Origin: Octopus sinensis
Lineage: Eukaryota
Reading direction: 5' to 3'
Length of the DNA: 10,019 nucleotides
Assembly: GCF_006345805.1 (NCBI RefSeq)
Contig: NW_021827653.1
Span: 1 to 10,019, forward strand
Shown: piece after piece, positions 1 through 9,359 of the stretch
How the letters are laid out: each line of letters begins with the position of its first letter
How positions within the stretch are numbered: position 1 is the first letter of the stretch
Program-made: the position numbers and the translations under genes
Notes under the pieces: model-generated
Database searches by the model: none
What the model saw: the letters and a program-made list of their open reading frames with translations, nothing else
Told to the model about the DNA's origin: nothing

Positions 1-1561
1 GAGCTTCCTTGCAGCTGGCAAACTTCCAGAAAACTGAAGGAAGGTAAAATATGCCCATTCATAAAGGAGGTAGCAGAGCGGAAGCCAAGAACTATAGACC
101 TATCTCTCTGACCTCACACATCAGCAAGGTCATGGAACGAATAGTCAGAAGGAAGCTAATCACCTTCCTGAAGAGAATGACTTGCTGCCCGACACCCAAC
201 ATGGTTTCCGACCAGGGAGAAGCTGTTTAACTCAGCTCCTACAACACTATGACTGGGTGCTGAAACGGCTGCTCAACCACTCAAATGTGGAAGAGATATA
301 TCTCGACTTTGCAAAGGCCTTTGATAAAGTCGATCATGGAATGATATGTCACAAACTGCGTGATCTCAACATAGTTGGAAAACTGGGAGAATGGCTTCAT
401 GACTTTCTGAAGGATAGAAGTCAGGTGGTAGTAGCCAATGGGGCCACTTCCATTAACACGCAAATAGTGAGCGGTGTTCCGCAGGGCACTGTTCTGGGAC
501 CACTACTGTTCATAATGGCCCTCTCAGACATGCCCTCAGCCACGCAGAGAGCCACGATCACAAGTTATGCAGATGATACAAAAGTTTCACAGGCAATACA
601 GAACCCTGAGGACACTAAACACCTGCAATGTGAGCTGGACGAAATATACAAGTGGGCTGAAAAGAATAGCATGCAGATCAATGCTGGAAAGTTTCAAGCT
701 TTATACTATCAGCATGCAAAACTGAATGCAATACCCAATGAATACACTGGACCCGGAGGGATTGCAATTCCAGAGGCACAATCAGTGCGTGACCTGGGTA
801 TTCACATGAGTGATGACGCGACCTTTCATGTACATGTTGCTAAACTGACAATGAAATGTAGACGGCTGGCTGGATAGATTCTTAGAACCTTTAGAACAAG
901 AGAACAAGAAACCATGATGGTCCTCTGGAAGACACTTGTCCTAAGCCACTTTGACTATTGCTCTCAGCTATGGTCACCATCCAGTGTCAAGCTGATCACA
1001 GAACTTGAGGCGATCCAACGAAGCTACACGAAGAAGATAGCCTCTGTGCAGCATATGAGCTACTGGGAGAGACTCAAGAGATTAAAGTTCTATTCCCTGG
1101 AGCGTAGGCGAGAAAGATATGCCATAATATACATCTGGAAGATCCTGGAAGGCCTTGTCCCAGACTTTGGCATCGAGAGTCACACAAATGCCAGACCGAC
1201 GCCACTGTGTAGTACCAAGGACTCCAAATTTGCCATCAAGATGTAGGACAAGATATTGTGATAGCCTGGGCTTCAGAGGCCCACGGCTCTTCAATATCCT
1301 CCCGAAGAACCTGAGGGACCTGCATGGTGTGGATGCGGATGTCTTTAAATTAGGACTGGATCTCTTCCTGTCAGGTGTCCCGGATGAACCAACTTCACGG
1401 CAGGAGGTGCAGATGAGAGCAGCTGCATCGAACTCTCTCATGCACCAGATGGCGTTTGCCAACAAACATCCGTGAGGTAAAACCGTGTAGCAAACCAAAT
1501 GGTGGTGCCCCAGCATGGCCACAGCTCATTAGCTGAAACTGGAAATATCAAAATCAAAATC
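1..1561 (+). mobile_element. CR1-clade non-LTR retrotransposon (LINE), 3' part (ORF2 RT + C-terminal domain, 3' UTR, (ATCAAA)n tail); continues upstream of window
   Basis: RT motifs NYRPISLTS, QHGFRPGRSCLTQLL, YLDFAKAFDKVDH, SGVPQGTVLGPLLF, YADDTK. CR1-type C-terminus (DYCSQLWSP, LEAIQRSYTKKI, YWERLKRLKFYSLERRRERY). Stop TGA 1473-1475, short 3' UTR with stem-loops, tail (ATCAAA)2.5 at 1547-1561. Confidence 0.93.
2..1475 (+). pseudogene. Disrupted LINE ORF2 (reverse transcriptase)
   Basis: One protein can be threaded through frames: SFLAAGKLPE/KLKEGKIC/IHKGGSRAEAKNYRPISLTSHISKVMERIVRRKLITFL/ENDLLPDTQHGF... Frameshifts at ~32, ~56, ~170 and ~1195-1199. In-frame TAG at 875-877 (likely TGG, giving RLAGWILRTF); ORFs 182..877 and 914..1246 share a frame, and 1155..1475 supplies the C-terminus. 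Confidence 0.9.
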
Positions 1562-1652
1562 ATATATATTATATATATATATATATGTATATATATATGT
1601 ATATATATAATATATATGTATATATATATAGTATATATATATATATATTATG

Positions 1653-1700
<48 letters not shown>

Positions 1701-1829
1701 TATATATGTATATTATATATATATGTATATATATCTATATAGTATGTATATATATTATATGTATAATATATATATGTATATGTATATATATATATGTATA
1801 TGTATATATATGTATTGTATATTATATGG

Positions 1830-1900
<71 letters not shown>

Positions 1901-1985
1901 GTAATATATATATATGTATATAATATATTATGTATAGATATATATATTTCTATATATCTATATATTATATATATATATATCATAT

Positions 1986-2028
<43 letters not shown>

Positions 2029-2125
2029 ATATATATATATATATTATATATATATATATTAATAATATATATATAGATATATTATATATATATATTATAT
2101 ATAATATCTATATATATATATATAT

Positions 2126-2166
<41 letters not shown>

Positions 2167-2170
2167 GTAT
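1562..2170. repeat. Degenerate (TA)n microsatellite, mostly G-interrupted on +
   Basis: Direct reading of sequence. Confidence 0.97.
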
Positions 2171-2365
2171 ATCTCTTCTTGTTGGGAGTCCAGATGAACT
2201 TAACTCACGACAGGAGACACGGATGCGGGCAGCAGCATCGAACTCCCTTGTTGATCAAGTGCCACGTATCAGAGGTGGATTCACAAACTAGTGTAGCTCA
2301 TTCAGTGGAGGTGCCCCAGCATGGCCGCGGCCTTCGGCTAAAACATTTTTAAGGATTTAAGGATA
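2171..2365 (+). mobile_element. 5'-truncated CR1-clade LINE fragment, sister subfamily of 1-1561, with (TTTAAGGA)2 tail
   Basis: Aligns to 1360-1540 (about 60/80 identities over the first 80 columns by hand). Peptide LFLLGV(P)DELNSRQETRMRAAASNSL vs LFLSGVPDEPTSRQEVQMRAAASNSL. Stop TAG 2289-2291. Identical GGTGCCCCAGCATGGCC at 2310-2326 and 1504-1520. Confidence 0.9.
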
Positions 2366-2367
2366 TG

Positions 2368-2462
<95 letters not shown>

Positions 2463-2477
2463 ATTGTATATATATAT
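2364..2477. repeat. (TA)n microsatellite between tail-to-tail CR1 and RTE copies
   Basis: Direct reading. Confidence 0.95.
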
Positions 2478-2811
2478 CATCATCATCATCATCATCATCA
2501 TCATCTTTAGCGTCCGTTTTCCATGCTAGCATGGGTTGGACGGTTCTACTGGGGTCTGTGAAGCCAGAAGGCTTCATCAGGCCCAGTCAAATCTGGCAGT
2601 GTTTCAACGGCTGGATGCCCTTCCTAACGCCAACCACTCCGTGAGTGTAGTGGGTGCTTTTACGTGCCACCCGCACTGGTGCCAGACAGAGCTGGCAACG
2701 GCCACGAACGATGGTGCTTTTTATGTGCCACCGGCACGAGGGCCAGGCGAGGCTGGCAACGGACACGAAACGGGGCGGTGCTGGCAACGGTCCGAAACGG
2801 AAAGTTCTCTT

Positions 2812-3006
2812 ACATGCCACCGGCACTGGTAACACATCTGCAATTTCCATTGATCGATTTCGATTCTGATCCTCACTTGCCTCAATGGGTCTTCACAAGC
2901 AGAGTTTCGACATGCCACCGGCACTGGTAGCACATCCGCAATTCCATTGATCGATTTCGATTCTGATCCTCACTTGCCTCAACACGTCTTCACAAGTAGA
3001 GTTTTG
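2812..3006. repeat. Two-copy ~98-bp tandem duplication inside the RTE 3' UTR
   Basis: 2812-2909 vs 2910-3006: 8 differences by hand count (7 substitutions, 1 indel). Confidence 0.95.
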
Positions 3007-3076
3007 TGTCCCAAGAAGGGAAGGTATGCATACGTAGGCTGGCTCCATCCCATGTAGAAGGCCACGGGTTGTGGAC

Positions 3077-3283
3077 TCACTTGTCCTGCCGGGTCTTCTC
3101 GCGCACAGCACACTTCCAGAGGTCTCGGTCTCTAGTCATTTCCTCAGTGAGACCTAAAATTCGAAGGTCGTGCTTCACCCCCTCGTCCCAGGTTTTCCTG
3201 GGTCTGCCTCTTCCACAGGTTCCCTCAACCGCTAGGGTGGGCACTTTTTCACACAACTACTTCATCATCCATTCTCGCCACAT
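3077..3283 (-). pseudogene. C-terminal fragment of RTE ORF
   Basis: (H)VARMDDE / SCVKKC / [53 protein letters not shown]. The GRGRPRKTW...DRDLW pattern is typical of RTE ORF ends. Two -1 shifts near 3260 and 3240; stop TGA at 3079-3077. Confidence 0.88.
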
Positions 3284-3512
3284 TATGTATATATATAATA
3301 TGTATATATGTATATATATCTGTATCTATGTATATATATATATATGTATTATATATATATATGTATATATGTATATATATATATGTATATATGTATATAT
3401 ATATATATATATGTATAATAATATATATATATGTATATATGTATATATATATGTATATATGTATATATATATATGTATATATATATGTATATATGTATAT
3501 ATATATTATGTA

Positions 3513-3543
<31 letters not shown>

Positions 3544-3791
3544 TTATATATATATGTATATATATATATATGTATATATATATTATTATAATTATATATA
3601 TGTATATATATATGTATATATATATGTATATATATATAATAATATATATATGTATATATATATATATATTATGTATATTATATATGTATATATATTATAT
3701 ATATATGTATATATATATATATATGTGTATATATATATATATATGTATAATATAATATATATATATAATATATATATATATATATTATATA

Positions 3792-3834
<43 letters not shown>

Positions 3835-3847
3835 TGTATATATATAA
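3284..3847. repeat. Degenerate (TA)n microsatellite, G-interrupted on +
   Basis: Direct reading. Confidence 0.97.
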
Positions 3848-4167
3848 TTAAAAATGAGGGTGTCTAAAAGACACCAACATGCCGAAATAGCAGTCGAAAT
3901 TCTGACTATAAAACCACGTTAAATGTTCATATCGCACCATGAGGCAAAGCGGAGGGACAAAACATACAAGCAAAAATTATTGAATAATTAAAGATCCATT
4001 GTACGGTATTTCTTTCATGCTGGCCACTTGATAATTTTTGATACTTAAATATCGATATTATCCTCATATATAAATTTATATAATTCGTTATTACATTCAC
4101 TGCGGTGCTTATTTTAACCATATCGGAATTATGCGGTGATTTGGCGGGCGATTCAACTGGCTGTGTC

Positions 4168-4936
<769 letters not shown>

Positions 4937-5560
4937 TTTCAATCTTTCTCCTCCCCCTCCTCCTCTCTCTTCGCCGCGTGTCCCCCTCCTCCTTCCCTCT
5001 TCCTTGCCTATAAAACAAAATTCCTTTACACGTGGTTCCCACTATTGAAAAGACTGCCTCCACGCGCTGCTACTACACTTTCGTCCTTGCCAGCAAAAGG
5101 CTTCTTCGTTCGTCCCCTTGTGTGGTTGATTTCCTGTATAGTATTCTTGTTATTTTCTCTCGTTTTGTAACTAATTGTACTTTTTGTACATGTATTTTTT
5201 ATTTTTGCAGTTTTATTGTTTGTCTATGCCAGAAAAAAGGCTTTTTCGTTCGTCCTCTTGTGTTTGTTTTTGTACATGTATTTTAATTTTGCAGTCTTAT
5301 TGTTACGTCTTGTTGTGTTCGTACTCATTGTGCCCCGCTGCTTGAAATTTTATTTTAATTCTCTCGCAGGAAGCCTATTGTATTAGTGTTCTGTTATGCC
5401 TTCGAAACATGCCTGACTCCTCTAGCGACAGCTGATGACGGGGTTTTTGTCCTTGTGTAGCTCGTCCTGTATTTGTTTTTCGTTTTCCGTTTTCTTGTTT
5501 TTTGTTTTTTGGCTTTTCCGTTTCTACGTCTTATTGTGATGTCCTGTACTCCCGTATAAT
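4937..5560 (+). other. Unclassified non-coding island with an internal duplication, probably an interspersed-repeat fragment
   Basis: CT-rich block 4945-5006, TATAAAA 5009-5015, duplicated blocks 5088-5225 vs 5227-5310, polypyrimidine-CAG sites ending 5210, 5294 and 5369, hammerhead-like boxes 5404-5438. No credible ORF. Confidence 0.4.
5399..5443 (+). ncRNA. Hammerhead-like motif in permuted (GAAAC before CTGATGA) order, core imperfect
   Basis: CCTTC-GAAAC-ATGC-CTGAC-tcctctagc-GACAG-CTGATGA-C-GGGG. Stem I 5413-5417/5427-5431 has one A.A mismatch; the U of the NUH triplet is missing. Confidence 0.3.
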
Positions 5561-5712
5561 TATTATATATATGCATGTATATATACATGTAGATGTAGGT
5601 ACGTACATATATGTTTGTATGTATGCATATATTTTTTATTTATCTCCTTATATATATATACATATATATATACACACATATATTATATATTAATATATAT
5701 AATATATATATT
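5561..5712. repeat. Mixed TA/TATG/TACA low-complexity tract
   Basis: Direct reading. Confidence 0.9.
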
Positions 5713-5767
5713 ATTGGTGAATTGAGGAAATGGAGCTGAACGCAGATTGAACAGAATCGTTTTATTT

Positions 5768-5818
5768 CATTCTACACGTGTTTTTGATTAATCTACAACA
5801 AGATTATTCATCTTTCTA
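5768..5818 (-). ncRNA. Decayed Penelope-type hammerhead remnant
   Basis: Minus strand: TAGAAAGA-[TGA-A-TAATCT tgttgt AGATTA-A-TCA]-AAAAC-ACGT-GTA-GAATG, then AATAAA (5766-5761). Stem II and palindromic stem III ACACGTGT are present; both core boxes and stem I are mutated. Confidence 0.3.
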
Positions 5819-5825
5819 TTTCACA

Positions 5826-5939
5826 TAATATATATATATATTATACATATATATATACACATATTATATATATTATATATATATATATTATATAATGTGT
5901 ATATATATATGTATATATATATATACAATATATATATAC

Positions 5940-5972
<33 letters not shown>

Positions 5973-6028
5973 CAATATATATCTATATATATATATACAA
6001 TATCTATATATATATATATATATACATA

Positions 6029-6077
<49 letters not shown>

Positions 6078-6097
6078 CATATACATATATTATATAT

Positions 6098-6144
<47 letters not shown>

Positions 6145-6198
6145 ATATATATACATACATATATATATACATATATATATATACATATATATATATAC

Positions 6199-6247
<49 letters not shown>

Positions 6248-6265
6248 CATATATATATAATATAC

Positions 6266-6303
<38 letters not shown>

Positions 6304-6511
6304 CTATATATATATATCTACATATATATATATAATATACAATATATATATATATACATATATATATATACAGATATATATATATATACATATATATATA
6401 TACATATATATAATATATATATCTATATATTATACATATATATATATATATACTATATATATAATATATAGATATACATATATATATATATACATATATA
6501 TAATATATACA

Positions 6512-6545
<34 letters not shown>

Positions 6546-6604
6546 CATATATATATAACATATAATACATATATATAATATATACATATATATATATATA
6601 TGTC

Positions 6605-6636
<32 letters not shown>

Positions 6637-6665
6637 CCATATATATAATATACTATATATATATC

Positions 6666-6716
<51 letters not shown>

Positions 6717-6922
6717 CATATATATATATACATATAGATATATATTATCTATATACATATATATATATACATATATATATATACATATATTATATATATA
6801 TATATACATATATAATATATACATATATATATATACATATATTATATATATATTCATATAATATACATATATATATATATATATACATACATACTATATA
6901 TAATATATACATATATATATAC

Positions 6923-6953
<31 letters not shown>

Positions 6954-6963
6954 CATATATATG

Positions 6964-6999
<36 letters not shown>

Positions 7000-7643
7000 C
7001 ATTATATATAATAATATATATATATATGTATATATATATATACTAATATATATATATATATATATACAATATATATATATGTATATAATATATATACATA
7101 TATATATATTCATATATATATATATATATTACATATATATATATATATTACATATAATATATAACATATATTATATCTACCCTATATATATATATACATA
7201 TATATATATATCCTATATATAATATACATATATATATATATGTATATATAGATCTACATATATATATAATATATCCATATATATATATACATATATATAT
7301 ACTATACATATATCTATTATCTACTATATATATAATACATATATATATATATATACTATATTATATACATATAATGTATATATATATATACCTATATCTA
7401 TATATATACAATATATATACATATATATAATACATATATATATCTATTACCATATATATATACATATATATATATATACATATATATTACTACATAATAC
7501 ATATATATATATCATATAATATACATATACATATATTATACATACTATATATATACATAATACATATATATATATATACATATATATATACATATACATA
7601 TATATATATATACATATATACATATATATATACATATATATAT

Positions 7644-7688
<45 letters not shown>
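5826..7688. repeat. ~1.9-kb degenerate (TA)n microsatellite, mostly C-interrupted on +
   Basis: Direct reading. Confidence 0.97.
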
Positions 7689-7844
7689 TTCCCATTCATA
7701 ATTTTGTTTATAGTACTTATAGTATTTATATTACTAAGAATGGAATATTTCTATAAGTATGTGGTTGAGTATCTGTGGCTACTGGATGTTATTTCTCCTC
7801 TGTATTAGTGATTTGCTGAGAGTATACGTTTATGAATGAGTGAT

Positions 7845-8030
7845 TGTATGTGTGTGTGTGCGAGTATCCATAAGTAATGTGTAGAAGTATAGGGCTGCAT
7901 TATAAAATATATCCGTGTCTATATGTATATGTGTATGTATAGATATATATATGTGTGTGTGTGTTTGTGTACGTATTTATATATGTTTATATACATACAT
8001 ATATATATGAGCGTGAGCATGTATATATAT
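7845..8030. repeat. Mixed (TG)n/(TA)n/TATG microsatellite region
   Basis: Direct reading. Confidence 0.8.
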
Positions 8031-8649
8031 TTTTTGTATTTTGATATTAGCTATTTCATCTTTAAATATGAGAAATTAAATATATTAAGTTTTCATTATA
8101 TACTATCGTTTATAGATATTATTTTAGATCTTGATTATAATATTTATATATTTTTTCATTGATAATTTATATATATTAGTCATTTCAAATATCTATATAA
8201 GTAGATATAGACTAAAATGGATATCAGAATATGGATTTTCTACCTTATAAATTAAAGTTAATATTTAACATTATAGTCGATTTCGATATAATCATATTTA
8301 ATAATAGAGTTTATTATAAGTAAATTATTATTTTAGATTATATGGATTATTTATATCTTAAAAATATTGATTATATTTTAGATTTGAAATCACCTGAAGA
8401 ATGTCTACTACTCAAAGATGTGATGAAAAGAAGACATGAAACGATCGTAGTGGATATTAATAATTGTTAAATTTCTAAATAATATAAATTGATTTATGTA
8501 TTGGATTAAGTCTTTCTTTGTTTGATTTGCATAATAGTGGTTTTGTCTCTAATTTAATATAATATAATATTTTACTATAAAATTGGATTCAATCCTAAAT
8601 CTGATTTTTCCCTGTAAGTTTGGATTTATTCCCTAATATTTTTTATTAT

Positions 8650-8650
<1 letters not shown>
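8030..8650 (+). mobile_element. Probable Penelope-like element pseudo-LTR remnant (boundaries approximate)
   Basis: Very AT-rich non-coding segment carrying a minimal type I hammerhead with palindromic stem III, the form known from Penelope-like elements. No RT or GIY-YIG ORF seen, so the call rests on the ribozyme. Confidence 0.45.
8391..8453 (+). ncRNA. Type I hammerhead ribozyme (minimal, Penelope-like), intact core; predicted cleavage after GUA at 8449
   Basis: Stem I CAC 8391-8393/GTG 8450-8452 (plus T8390.G8453). CTGAAGA 8394-8400. Stem II ATGTCT 8401-8406/AGACAT 8432-8437. GAAA 8438-8441. Stem III A8441-T8448 and C8442-G8447 with GATC loop (palindrome ACGATCGT). Triplet GTA 8447-8449. 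Confidence 0.88.
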
Positions 8651-8690
<40 letters not shown>

Positions 8691-8700
8691 AATATATAAA
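8650..8700. repeat. (TA)n microsatellite
   Basis: Direct reading. Confidence 0.95.
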
Positions 8701-9011
8701 GAACATTATTACTCATGAGAGATAACAATGTTAGTGGCAGCAAGTTTAAAACTGTATAGGCAAAATTATAAGATATATATAAGAATTATATATAACAAGG
8801 GCACTAAAAAGCGCCAGCTTAGCTAGAAACACTCCAAAGCCACAAGAATTAACACTAGATCTCCAGAGGCATGGTTGGAAAAAAACTAAGTGAATAAGGA
8901 TTGCATCTCACCTCTGCAAAATTGCAAGAAGGAATGCCAGTTAACTTGATATCAGGATTTCAAATTTAGTGTTAAAAGCACTTGATTCTCTTTAGCTAAG
9001 TCTACTCATGA

Positions 9012-9098
9012 CATATATATATTTGTATGTATGTATGTACAGGCATGTGTGTGTGCATGCATATGTGCATGCATGTGCATGTATGTGCATATATGTCT
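9012..9098. repeat. TATG/TG/TGCA mixed microsatellite
   Basis: Direct reading; may be the internal microsatellite of the adjacent SINE. Confidence 0.85.
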
Positions 9099-9104
9099 AT
9101 GCCT

Positions 9105-9359
9105 CCATGGCTTGATATTGTGTGATAGTTGTAAGCAATCATTATCATACGTACAGCATTCTTTATTTCCAATCCTCCATGAAAGCATGGCCAGCCATGA
9201 GGAAATATTACCTTATTTGAAACCAAGTAGGGGATGGTATGAAGATGATCATCTGACCATAGAAAATCTGCTTCTGTGAATTTTGTGTGATCCATGTAAG
9301 CATGGAAAAGTGAACTTTAAAGCAATGGTGATAACGATGGTGATGATGATGATGATGAT
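9105..9359 (+). mobile_element. Old SINE/non-autonomous element 3' half with RTE-type tail and (GAT)n
   Basis: CCATGTAAGCATGGAAAAGTGAACTTTAAAG (~9292-9322) matches the RTE terminus CCATGCTAGCATGGAAAACGGACGCTAAAG (minus strand of 2505-2534), followed by GAT repeats. Upstream body resembles a cephalopod SINE as I recall it; no head seen. Confidence 0.7.

Larger units (their letters stand above)
2476..3283 (-). mobile_element. 5'-truncated RTE-clade LINE with ~570-nt 3' UTR and (GAT)n tail
   Basis: Minus-strand RTE-type ORF C-terminus, then a long UTR, terminal palindrome CCATGCTAGCATGG (2521-2534) and (ATC)10 on + at 2476-2505. Confidence 0.88.

Noticed and set aside
281-1522. Minus-strand ORFs 281..463 and 1082..1522
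   Set aside because: Antisense shadows of the CR1 RT with no independent motifs.
2559-2580. Minus-strand CTGATGA followed by a hairpin
   Set aside because: No GAAA after the stem and no stem III/NUH; explained by the UTR hairpin.
2663-3006. Repeats with variable spacers as a CRISPR-like array
   Set aside because: Eukaryotic LINE UTR context, irregular spacing and spacers that are themselves related.
2338-3755. Overlapping short ORFs across the RTE, including 3006..3755 (+)
   Set aside because: They lie in the GC-rich UTR, or antisense to the RTE ORF and run into microsatellite.
5021-5040. Minus-strand GAACCACGTGTA resembling a hammerhead stem III
   Set aside because: A15.1 missing and no CTGANGA or stem II upstream; may simply be an E-box-like hexamer.
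8384-8470. Possible host exon LKSPEECLLLKDVMKRRHETIVVDINNC* after TTTTAG
   Set aside because: No recognisable domain, and the higher complexity is explained by the hammerhead.
8710-9011. 9-bp direct repeat TACTCATGA (8710-8718, 9003-9011) as a target-site duplication
   Set aside because: No terminal inverted repeats or tail inside; a 9-mer match is expected by chance here.
9002-9295. ORFs 9031..9279 (+), 9002..9295 (-) and 9006..9188 (-)
   Set aside because: Composed of microsatellite plus decayed SINE sequence.
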